A stretch of 55,069 nucleotides of DNA from a virus (lineage: Duplodnaviria; Caudoviricetes), in IMG/VR virus record IMGVR_UViG_3300036792_000058, positions 1-55,069 of that record, one strand, 5' to 3'. The notes below the pieces were generated by a model. It searched no databases. It worked only from the letters and a program-made list of their open reading frames with translations, and was not told the DNA's origin. Below, piece by piece: positions 1 to 7,870 of the stretch. A program made the position numbers and the translations under genes. The number at the start of each line of letters is the position of its first letter. Position 1 is the stretch's first letter.

Positions 1-527
1 ACGGCGGTACGGCCAGCCAGGTGAACTACGGCGGCAGCGGGGGCAACGTGACCTCCCTGGACGCTACCAGCGGCGGCAACGGGACGGTCGTCTCCCTCGA
101 CACCACCAGCGGCGGAACAGAGACAACCGCTGCACTGGGCGGTACCGTTACATATGGAAACACCCTTGGCGGAACTGCGACGGGATGGACAATGCAGCAG
201 GTCAGTATCCAGCTCGCGGAGAACAACGACGAGACCGTTGACTTCGCCCTGACCAGCAACAGCTCGGCGCTGAACCTGACCGGGGCGACCGTGAACATGT
301 ACCTCAAGACGGCGGCCGGAACTCCTGACGGATCGGCCCTGTTGCTGTCTTCCGCTGGCGGTTCCCCCGCGATCACGATCACCAGCACCTCGGCGGGCAC
401 GATTGCCGTGGCTATCCCGCACAGTGACCTGACGGCTGAGACCTACCTGTTCTACAGGATCGACGTGGTATTCAGCGGCCTCCAGAACACCTGCGTCTAC
501 GGGCCGATTACGTGGGTGACGCTCTGA
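1..527 (+). CDS. Virion structural protein, 5'-truncated; C-terminal BppU-N-like/Ig-like domain
   Basis: Frame open from the window start; Gly/Thr-rich; C-terminal 'LNLTGATVNMYLKT...YRIDV' pattern; TGATG overlap with the next gene. Confidence 0.6.
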   Translation, partial: GGTASQVNYGGSGGNVTSLDATSGGNGTVVSLDTTSGGTETTAALGGTVTYGNTLGGTATGWTMQQVSIQLAENNDETVDFALTSNSSALNLTGATVNMYLKTAAGTPDGSALLLSSAGGSPAITITSTSAGTIAVAIPHSDLTAETYLFYRIDVVFSGLQNTCVYGPITWVTL

Positions 528-1561
528 TGGGCGCGGAACTTGTCTATGACAGCCCGACTGAGGCCGTAGCAGTAACCAGTGTTACCTTCACGAACTTCAC
601 GGGTACCGTCGCTGACCCCAGTTCCATCACTGCGGTAATCATCGACCCGACCGGCACGATCACGAACTACACCTACTCGGCCGGCTCCGGGCTCAACAAC
701 ATCGTCAAGGTCTCTGCCGGGAACTACAGCCTGACGATCGACGGCATTACCGTTCCCGGCCTGTACATGTACACCTGGGTCGGCTCCGGCAACAATGTCC
801 AGCAGGTCACTCCCGGCACGTTCCGGCTGATCCCGCTGACCGATGTCGGCTACGGCATGCAGTACTGGTACACGGGCATGGAAGAGCTGAAGTCGCACCT
901 GGCCCTGCCTGTCGGTGACAAGAACTACCACACGTTCGACTACGAGATGCAGATCGCTATTCACGCCGTCTCGAACTGGATCAACCGCTACTGCGGCAGG
1001 CATTTCTACCAGCTTCAGGAGACCCGGACGTACGTGCCGTACAGCATCTGGGAACTGGCCATCGACGACCTCGCCCCGTCCCAGGCAGCGAACACGCTGG
1101 TCAACCTGGACTACGACGGCGACGGCATTTACGAGACCGCATGGGGACACCCTGTAGCGCCCGTGGGCACCGGGGCGAATTACGCCCTGAAGCTGGGCAA
1201 CTCCTCGAACTACGAGGACAACTACAACCCGAACGCGGCAGGCGGCGTAGGCCGTCCGTACATGCAGCTCCAGGCAATCATGAACGCCCCTGGTACAGGA
1301 GCCGGCGAGTGGCTGCCTTTCGTGTGGCCATATTCTCACTTGAACCGGGTTGAGATTATCGGCACATGGGGCTGGGACTACGTACCGCCGGAAGTTACCC
1401 AGGCTTCCCTGATGCTGTGCACGGACATTTACAAGTCGAAGGACACGCCCTGGGGAATGGCAGGCACTGCCGCAACCGGCCTGGTCAGGGTACAGTCGAA
1501 CCCGATGGTTGTAGAGCTTCTGCGGCCTTACATCAACTTCAGGCGAAAGGTCGGTGTGTGA
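527..1561 (+). CDS. Head-to-tail adaptor (gp6/gp15-like) with an extra N-terminal Ig-like domain
   Basis: 'YTGMEELKSHL...AVSNWINRYCGRHF' and 'GTWGWDYVPPEVTQASLML...VELLRPY' adaptor motifs; ATG at 527 overlaps the upstream stop. Confidence 0.8.
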   Translation: MGAELVYDSPTEAVAVTSVTFTNFTGTVADPSSITAVIIDPTGTITNYTYSAGSGLNNIVKVSAGNYSLTIDGITVPGLYMYTWVGSGNNVQQVTPGTFRLIPLTDVGYGMQYWYTGMEELKSHLALPVGDKNYHTFDYEMQIAIHAVSNWINRYCGRHFYQLQETRTYVPYSIWELAIDDLAPSQAANTLVNLDYDGDGIYETAWGHPVAPVGTGANYALKLGNSSNYEDNYNPNAAGGVGRPYMQLQAIMNAPGTGAGEWLPFVWPYSHLNRVEIIGTWGWDYVPPEVTQASLMLCTDIYKSKDTPWGMAGTAATGLVRVQSNPMVVELLRPYINFRRKVGV

Positions 1562-1767
1562 TGGCAGAGGGACCGATGAATGTTGACCCGCTGTTCGAGG
1601 TGGACGGCGCGGACGCGGAGAAGGCGACTGTGGAGGAAGTTCACGGCACCGTGGACCCGCAGGCGGAAATCGTACCGCCCGGTACCACCGTGCACTTTCC
1701 CCAGCACCAGCCGCGCCTTACCACGGGCGGGCAGAAGGTGTTCAACGCGCTCCGTACCCAGAAGTAG
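1561..1767 (+). CDS. Small acidic hypothetical protein
   Basis: ATG overlapping the previous stop (TGATG); fills the gap in the operon. Confidence 0.55.
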   Translation: MAEGPMNVDPLFEVDGADAEKATVEEVHGTVDPQAEIVPPGTTVHFPQHQPRLTTGGQKVFNALRTQK

Positions 1768-1769
1768 CC

Positions 1770-2174
1770 GTGTGGTGGATCTACACCTACTGGTGGCTGG
1801 AGAACAATAACTTCTGGAAGGCGCAGGTGGCCTTCTGGGTGACGATTCTCCTGAGTGCAGCCCTGGCGGCGTGCCTTCGCCCCTGGCAGGCGTGGAAGCG
1901 CCATCGCGAGACGCAGGAGAAGATCGCTGACCGGCTGGACACCAAGACTCCCGGCGGCCTGGCTGACCTGGTTAAGGCGCTACAGGAGATAACGGGCGAC
2001 TTGCAAGGCGGCGACGCGCCGGACGACAATGGCACCGACGTGCCAGACGAAGACAAAGACGAGCCGCGCAGGCAGCACGACGGCTTGCACCTTGAGCACG
2101 TAGAGCACGACAAGGGTAATGTCATCCAGGAGATTATCCACGGGCACGGAGGCAGTAGTGCGGGTCATCGTTGA
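1770..2174 (+). CDS. Membrane protein (one N-terminal TM helix)
   Basis: Hydrophobic 'VAFWVTILLSAALAACL'; tight operon spacing. Confidence 0.6.
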   Translation: MWWIYTYWWLENNNFWKAQVAFWVTILLSAALAACLRPWQAWKRHRETQEKIADRLDTKTPGGLADLVKALQEITGDLQGGDAPDDNGTDVPDEDKDEPRRQHDGLHLEHVEHDKGNVIQEIIHGHGGSSAGHR

Positions 2175-2373
2175 AGTTTTCGGCCGGGCGTACGTCCTCC
2201 AGTTCCTTCAGGGCACAGTGGCAACTGACGACGGCGAGCAGGAAGAGTTCGAGCGCGCCCCCGTTGACCCGCACAGTGTCGGCGGCGGCCAGGTAGAGCG
2301 CGGGCCCGGCGCGGATGCCTTCGTAAGTGACGTGGTAGCGGGCAGGAAGTTCGGCTTCGGCCATGGCCGCTAA
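2158..2373 (+). CDS. Small hypothetical protein
   Basis: GGAGG RBS at 2148-2152 before GTG 2158. Confidence 0.45.
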   Translation: MRVIVEVFGRAYVLQFLQGTVATDDGEQEEFERAPVDPHSVGGGQVERGPGADAFVSDVVAGRKFGFGHGR

Positions 2374-3439
2374 GGCAAGGACCCCGCGAGCCCGCCCAAG
2401 GGCAACTGCTGCCAATGCCCCGCGCCGGGGGCTACAGCAGCAGGCCAGGGCCGTCGCTACCTCGTCTAAGCTCCTGAGCGTACAGGCGACGCAGGCAGCT
2501 CGCCGGCTGGCCAGCACGAACGCGGCCCGGACCCAGCGGCGGCGGTTCCTGGTGACCGCCCCGGCCATCTTGTCCCGCGCGGCGCGAACGTCAGTTCAGG
2601 CTGCCGCCGTAGCTACCCAGGCCGCTCGCGCTACCTACGCCCAGTCACGGCTGGCGCACCAGAATTCCGCCCTCCAGTCGCGCATCGAGAACAACATGTA
2701 CAACCACCTGCGCGTCTCCCAGACCCAGCAGTACACTCAGGCCGTCGCCCACACGTCCTACGCTGCCGTCGCCATCCTGAGCCGGGTTAAGCTCGCGGCC
2801 ACCAGGGCGGCCAAGTCGGTACTGCCCCCGGCCAAGAACTCCCAGTACGCCCCGTCAGTCAGCGCTCCCGCCCGGCCCGTCCGTCCTCGTGCGACCAGGG
2901 CCCGCAAGCCGCGCACCGCGCCGCTGTTCCCTGACGGCAGCCCTAACTACGCTGCGGCGGCATCAGCTTGCGCGGCGGGGTACGCGGCGGCCATGTACGC
3001 AGCTCACACCCGGACGGTAGCGCCGATCAAGCAGACCGCAGCGCAGTCCAAGTGGGTGGGGGACGAGTTCACGCCGAACTGCGTGGTGGTGGCCATCGCC
3101 AACAGCCTGCTGCGGGACAAGGGCGTGCGGCCTACTGAGCACCACATGCGGGAACTGACTGAGGCGTGCCTGGAGAAGCCGACCATCGAGGAAGTGCTGT
3201 GGACCACCTGGCTGATCGGCTGGCCTGGCGGCGGCGTGCACCTGCGGATGTACCGGCCTGTTACGGGCCCGGCAATGGAGGACGAGCTGCTGGTGATCGG
3301 CTACGAGGCCAAGACGGACGCGGGGATGCAGCCTCATGCCGCTCTTTCCCTGGGCGAGGGCAAGGCCGTATCGTGGGGGTCAGTCACGGAAATCGACACG
3401 CCCGTTGAGGAAGCCTGGGAACTGGAATGGCAATCCTGA
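2363..3439 (+). CDS. Basic Ala/Arg-rich protein with a possible C-terminal papain-like Cys/His peptidase domain
   Basis: N-terminal ~220 aa highly basic and low-complexity; C-terminal 'NCVVVAIANSL' and 'QPHAAL' motifs. Confidence 0.55.
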   Translation: MAAKARTPRARPRATAANAPRRGLQQQARAVATSSKLLSVQATQAARRLASTNAARTQRRRFLVTAPAILSRAARTSVQAAAVATQAARATYAQSRLAHQNSALQSRIENNMYNHLRVSQTQQYTQAVAHTSYAAVAILSRVKLAATRAAKSVLPPAKNSQYAPSVSAPARPVRPRATRARKPRTAPLFPDGSPNYAAAASACAAGYAAAMYAAHTRTVAPIKQTAAQSKWVGDEFTPNCVVVAIANSLLRDKGVRPTEHHMRELTEACLEKPTIEEVLWTTWLIGWPGGGVHLRMYRPVTGPAMEDELLVIGYEAKTDAGMQPHAALSLGEGKAVSWGSVTEIDTPVEEAWELEWQS

Positions 3440-3984
3440 AGAGGCTCTGGCCGTACCTGCTCGCTGTCATTGTGGTCTTCATAACTGTCACGGCTGTGTA
3501 CTGGTATCACACCTGGCAGCCGTGGGCAGCCATCCACAGCGGCAGCGCCAGCGGCCACGAGTCAGAGGGCTTCTACGCGTACTGGTCAGGATTCGGGTCT
3601 GTCTTCCCCTGGGAACTGGGCATCATCTCCGGCGTCCTCGGGCTCGTGTACCAGCACGGCAGGAAAGCGAACTGCCACGCTCACGGCTGCTGGAGGATAG
3701 GATCGTACCCGGCAGGAGACTACAGGGTATGCAAGAAGCACCACTACGAAGTTCACGGTACACACCCGACGATCGAGCACCTGAAGGCGCACGTGGAAGA
3801 GGTTCGCAATGGCCGACTTGGTAGCGATCAGGGCGTCGATAGCAGCTCAGGTGTCAGCGAATGCGCTGCCGTCATTGTCAACGTCGGCGGAGTACCTGGA
3901 CACGATCAACCCGCCGATGCTGCTGGTGATCCCGAGGGCCCCGGTAGCGAAGGTGGGAGTGTGCATGGGGGAGGGCCTGCTTGA
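3427..3984 (+). CDS. Membrane protein with a Cys/His (putative Zn-binding) cytoplasmic motif
   Basis: Two hydrophobic segments; 'CHAHGCWRIG...CKKHH'; 3' end overlaps the next gene by ~175 nt. Confidence 0.6.
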   Translation: MAILKRLWPYLLAVIVVFITVTAVYWYHTWQPWAAIHSGSASGHESEGFYAYWSGFGSVFPWELGIISGVLGLVYQHGRKANCHAHGCWRIGSYPAGDYRVCKKHHYEVHGTHPTIEHLKAHVEEVRNGRLGSDQGVDSSSGVSECAAVIVNVGGVPGHDQPADAAGDPEGPGSEGGSVHGGGPA

Positions 3985-4276
3985 CACCCACGGTAAGCCG
4001 GTAAGCCCCACTGAGTTCACCCTTGCGGGTTACCTGGTAGTTGCGCGCGCGGACACGATGGCGAACGTCCAGGACAACCTCGATGCGTGGCTGGGCTTCG
4101 AGAACATTCCCGGCACCGGCCCGGTATCAGTGGCAATGGCCATCGCGATGGACCCCACGCTCGGCGGCACCGTCGAATGGTGTGAGACAACCACCGTGGA
4201 CGGGTACGGCCCGATAGAATGGGCTGGCTCCCTGTACTTCGGGGCACGGATCAACTGGAATGTGAGCGCACGGTGA
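3809..4276 (+). CDS. Tail terminator / tail completion protein
   Basis: 'LVAIRASIAA...QDNLDAWL...AIAMDPTLGG' pattern and position in the neck region. Confidence 0.75.
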   Translation: MADLVAIRASIAAQVSANALPSLSTSAEYLDTINPPMLLVIPRAPVAKVGVCMGEGLLDTHGKPVSPTEFTLAGYLVVARADTMANVQDNLDAWLGFENIPGTGPVSVAMAIAMDPTLGGTVEWCETTTVDGYGPIEWAGSLYFGARINWNVSAR

Positions 4277-4422
4277 GCGTAGTCAGTGGCCATAAGGGAA
4301 AGCTGTACATTCACGATCCCGTCCTGCACGACTGGATACTGATCGGGGAAGTAGAAGACTGGGACATCAGCTACGTGCCCGGCTCATTCAGGATCATCCC
4401 GGCGGGAGAAGACCGTGGCTAA
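4273..4422 (+). CDS. 49-aa protein resembling a tail-tube N-terminus
   Basis: GTGA overlap; 'VSGHKGKLYI...IGEVEDWDISY' resembles 'IHGRNGMVYL...LAFVADWTINF' of the major tail protein. Confidence 0.45.
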   Translation: MSVVSGHKGKLYIHDPVLHDWILIGEVEDWDISYVPGSFRIIPAGEDRG

Positions 4423-5488
4423 GATCCTGCTCGTTCACCCAGGCCCGGACTTCAGTGTTCACGACGTGTTCCGGGGCTGGAAGAAGGCACTCATAAAGCA
4501 GGGCCACGAGGTCTTCGTCTACAACACCAATGACCGGCTGACCTTCTACGGGCAGGCAGTTTTCGAGGACGTGAACGAGGCCGCCTGCGAAACCTGCGGG
4601 CAGCACCCGGTGCGCAAGGCCGTTCCCGAACCGTCGATGATTGCCCGGCTATCGACGGCCGGGCTACTGGAAGACTGCATGCGTCATAAGCCGGACATCG
4701 TGTTCTTCGTCTCGGCGTTCTTCTTCCGCGCAGACGTTTTCAGGATCATCCGTGAGGCCGGCAGCAAGATCGTCATCCTGCACACCGAGAGCCCGTACCA
4801 GGATGGCGAGCAGATGAAGCGCGGGCAGTTCGCCAACCTCAACCTGCTCAACGACCCGACCAACCTCCAGTTGTGGTCACAGCTCGGGCCCGTCGCGTAC
4901 GTCCCCCACTCCTATGACCCGGAGATTCACTACCCGGCTGACCCGAGGAACTACGAGCTGGACTTCGCGTTCGTCGGTACCGCGTTCCTGTCCCGCCTGA
5001 AGTTCTTTGACGCGATGAACTTCGACGGCATGGACGTGGCGTTCGGTGGTAACTCCTGGAACAGCGCCCCGGAAGAGTACCAGCACCTGTGGAAGTACCT
5101 CGGGCACTCCCCCGACCACTGCGTGGACAACGAGGAAACCGCCCGTGTCTACCGCATCGCCAAGACCGGCCTGAACTTCTACCGGCGCGAGGCCGAGGAA
5201 GAGCAAAAAGGCAGGGGCTGGGCCATGGGACCGCGCGAAGTGGAGATGGCGGCCTGCGGCCTGTTTTTCATCCGCGACTCGCGCCCGGAATCTGACGAGA
5301 TGTTCCCGATGCTGCCTACCTTCAGCACGCCAGCCGAGGCCGAGGAGCTGATTCGCTACTACGTAGCGCACGACGAGGAACGAGAAGACCTCACGGCGCA
5401 GGCGCTGTACGCCGTTCAGGACCGTACGTTCGACAACCAGGCCGATTCCGTCTGCCGTCTCATGAAGAACCTGGAGATCCTGAAGTGA
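4415..5488 (+). CDS. GT-B glycosyltransferase (CgeB / Glyco_trans_1_2-like)
   Basis: 'KILLVHPG', 'DFAFVGTAFLSR', 'VYRIAKTGLNF', 'GPREVEMAACG' and 'RTFDNQA' motifs. Confidence 0.85.
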   Translation: MAKILLVHPGPDFSVHDVFRGWKKALIKQGHEVFVYNTNDRLTFYGQAVFEDVNEAACETCGQHPVRKAVPEPSMIARLSTAGLLEDCMRHKPDIVFFVSAFFFRADVFRIIREAGSKIVILHTESPYQDGEQMKRGQFANLNLLNDPTNLQLWSQLGPVAYVPHSYDPEIHYPADPRNYELDFAFVGTAFLSRLKFFDAMNFDGMDVAFGGNSWNSAPEEYQHLWKYLGHSPDHCVDNEETARVYRIAKTGLNFYRREAEEEQKGRGWAMGPREVEMAACGLFFIRDSRPESDEMFPMLPTFSTPAEAEELIRYYVAHDEEREDLTAQALYAVQDRTFDNQADSVCRLMKNLEILK

Positions 5489-5631
5489 TCTGCCCGCCGT
5501 GCCGCGCTGCCGGAAAGTACCTGGCCGCTGGTAATACTCACGCCGCCGAGATGCATCACGAGGCATGCAAGGGCGGTTCCTGGTGCGACTGCGCCCACAA
5601 GACCGAGCCACTGGTGAGGAAGAATGCCTAA
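5485..5631 (+). CDS. Small Cys-rich (Zn-binding) protein
   Basis: 48 aa, translated by hand: CPPC...H..C...CDCAH; GTGA overlap. Confidence 0.55.
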   Translation: MICPPCRAAGKYLAAGNTHAAEMHHEACKGGSWCDCAHKTEPLVRKNA

Positions 5632-5887
5632 CCCTAACGCCCGTCCGCAGGTTCCCGGCAAGGTGAGTATCGACGTAACACCTGGCGCGGGCTCTGTCAT
5701 TATTGACGACTACGACATCGGCCAGCACGTTAGCGCCATGCAGCTCCGGTTCGACGCCGCGAAGCGCAAGCCCGTGCTAATGCTCGACCTGCTGCCGTCC
5801 GCTATTAACGTAACCGGCGAGGGCGTGGAGATGACCGGGCCTTTTCGCGATTTTCTTATCGCACACGGGTGGCGTCCGCCCGAGTAG
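5624..5887 (+). CDS. Hypothetical protein
   Basis: ORF with AGGAAG RBS, in operon. Confidence 0.55.
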   Translation: MPNPNARPQVPGKVSIDVTPGAGSVIIDDYDIGQHVSAMQLRFDAAKRKPVLMLDLLPSAINVTGEGVEMTGPFRDFLIAHGWRPPE

Positions 5888-5893
5888 CAGGTG

Positions 5894-5922
5894 TTGAACA
5901 TCTTCACATAGCCGCCTACTCT
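5894..5922 (+). promoter_or_regulatory. Sigma70-type promoter for the major tail gene
   Basis: TTGAAC (5894-5899), 17 nt spacer, TACTCT (5917-5922) in an intergenic gap. Confidence 0.55.
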
Positions 5923-6004
5923 TAGGATTGAGCAACCGAGGTCTGGCGCACCCGCGCCGGGAGCCGGCACGACCACACTCACCGTAATGAGAGGGTGACT
6001 GTAC

Positions 6005-6454
6005 GTGTCGCGTATCCACGGTCGCAACGGCATGGTGTACCTGGGCCAGGTTGGTCCCGGTGGGCCCACTGGCAACTATGCCTCCCCGCTGGCGTTCGTC
6101 GCTGACTGGACCATCAACTTCACAGTCGCCAAGGTGGACGTTACCTGCCTGGGTGACAACAACCTAGTCTGGGTCTCCGGCCTGCCGGACGCCTCGGGTG
6201 ACTTCTCGGGCTTCTACGACACCGCGACGGGCCAGACCTACGCGGCTTCGGTTGACGGACTGTCCCGGAACTTCTACCTGTACCCGTCGCTCCTGGGCCT
6301 TGAGGGCGCGAACCCCGGCCAGTACTTCTTCGGTACGATCCTGCCCGACTTCAGCTCCGCTGGTGGTGTGGCTGCGGCTGTCACCTTCAAGTCGGCCTGG
6401 AACGCCGCGTCGCAGGTTCAGCGCTACCCGGCCGGCGGTATCGCCGGCACCTGA
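6005..6454 (+). CDS. Major tail (tube) protein
   Basis: 'DWTINFTVAKVDVTCLGD...VSGLPDASGDFSGFYD' tube motif; upstream of the chaperones and tape measure. Confidence 0.85.
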   Translation: MSRIHGRNGMVYLGQVGPGGPTGNYASPLAFVADWTINFTVAKVDVTCLGDNNLVWVSGLPDASGDFSGFYDTATGQTYAASVDGLSRNFYLYPSLLGLEGANPGQYFFGTILPDFSSAGGVAAAVTFKSAWNAASQVQRYPAGGIAGT

Positions 6455-6465
6455 TCGGTGCAACA

Positions 6466-6499
6466 GCAAAGGCCCTGGCCGCCAAACCAGGGCCTTTGC
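6466..6499 (+). terminator. Hairpin after the major tail gene
   Basis: Perfect 13-bp inverted repeat GCAAAGGCCCTGG / CCAGGGCCTTTGC. Confidence 0.7.
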
Positions 6500-6562
6500 C
6501 CGATCTCTGTAGAAAGGTGCCTCAATCGCGCCTAATCTATCACAGAGATCGGAAGACACAAG

Positions 6563-6973
6563 ATGCCACCTGTCCGCAGGACCACAGGGGACACCCGCGC
6601 TGCGCGCTCGCAGATGAAGACGGCTGACCAGAGCGCCCGCGTGAGCAAGGAAACCCGCTCCGACGAGGGCAAGGGCGGCATCCTTACCGCTCCGCTTCGC
6701 GACCGCGAGTTCCGCCTTGCCGACGACGTTGGAATCATGCCGCTCATGGAGTGGGCGGCTGCCTCTGACCAGGACGTTGCGAGCGCGGCCGGCCTGCGGG
6801 CTGTCTTCTACGTTCTCCAGGACGCCGTGCACGCGGACGACTGGCACGAGTTCAAGCGGTACTCCCGCGAGGAAAAGCTGGACGCCACCGAGCTTCTGGA
6901 GTTCGCCAACGCTGCCCTGGAGGCCCTGGCGGGACGCCCTACCGAGGCTGCCACTGGCTCCTCAACTGGCTGA
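6563..6973 (+). CDS. Tail assembly chaperone (gpG-like)
   Basis: Between tail tube and tape measure; ends '...LAGRPT...'. Confidence 0.75.
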   Translation: MPPVRRTTGDTRAARSQMKTADQSARVSKETRSDEGKGGILTAPLRDREFRLADDVGIMPLMEWAAASDQDVASAAGLRAVFYVLQDAVHADDWHEFKRYSREEKLDATELLEFANAALEALAGRPTEAATGSSTG

Positions 6974-7473
6974 TCTCCAACCAGGGTTACCTAGACGGCG
7001 GCTCGCTAGCCGAGGGCAGCGGCAGGCAAGTGCACCAGATGACGGTGCGCGAGGCGCTGAACTTCGCGTACTTCCACGTCATCAAGGACATGCGCGAGGA
7101 AGACCGGGCTGCACGCATGGCCGGGCACAGGTTCGACGAGTCACTGGACGACCGGATCTGCTACTTCGAGGAGAAGATCGGGCTGCGCGCCGCGCACGAA
7201 GACCTTGCGCTGTGGATGCACAAGCACGTCATGCTTCCTGCCCAGGGCTATACCGAAGAGCAGATTGCTGAGATGTTTGAAGAGGAATCCATGAGCGCCC
7301 TGCCACGGGGGGTCAGCGAAGAGGACCGCTGGCGGTTCGAGGACAAGGAATGGGACGGCCTGGCGGACTTCAAGGGCAATCCCTGGGAGCTTGAGGGAAT
7401 GGACAAGATCCGGAAGCTGGAAGCGAACAAGGCGCGGGAACAGCGCGCTGAGGAAGCTCGCGATACTTTGTGA
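6937..7473 (+). CDS. Tail assembly chaperone extension (gpGT-like), -1 frame
   Basis: -1 frame is open from CCC TAC (6937) through 7473, giving PYRGCHWLLNWLISNQGYLDG... Confidence 0.65.
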   Translation, partial: PYRGCHWLLNWLISNQGYLDGGSLAEGSGRQVHQMTVREALNFAYFHVIKDMREEDRAARMAGHRFDESLDDRICYFEEKIGLRAAHEDLALWMHKHVMLPAQGYTEEQIAEMFEEESMSALPRGVSEEDRWRFEDKEWDGLADFKGNPWELEGMDKIRKLEANKAREQRAEEARDTL

Positions 7474-7485
7474 GGCGGTGAAACA

Positions 7486-7857
7486 GTGGCTGGTGTCGAG
7501 TGGGACGACGCGGCGCTGTATGACCTGCTGCACAGCATCGACGGGCCTGTCGGCCGGTGGCTGTCGGAGAAGGTTGGGGAGATGACGGCCATTGCGGAGG
7601 CCACCGCGCCCATTCAGAAGCAGAAGAACTGGTCCTGGGGCAAGGACTCCACGTCCTACCTGCCGCGCTCGCTCGGCTACCTGAAGGGCAGCGTCCGGCC
7701 GCACATCGGTTACACCGTGCACGGTGACCTGTTCGGTGGTACTGACGCGGCCTACGGCCCCACCCTGTTCCTGGAGGAAGGCGGCGGCAGGTACGGCCAC
7801 GCGCAGCGCATTCCCTTCCTGAGCGAGGCCCTGTACGCTGCAATAGCAGACCTGTGA
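7486..7857 (+). CDS. HK97 gp10-like neck/tail-completion protein
   Basis: 'AEATAP...GYLKGSV...YGPTLFLEEG...IPFLSEAL' pattern. Confidence 0.65.
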   Translation: MAGVEWDDAALYDLLHSIDGPVGRWLSEKVGEMTAIAEATAPIQKQKNWSWGKDSTSYLPRSLGYLKGSVRPHIGYTVHGDLFGGTDAAYGPTLFLEEGGGRYGHAQRIPFLSEALYAAIADL

Positions 7858-7870
7858 GGGGAGTAAACAG

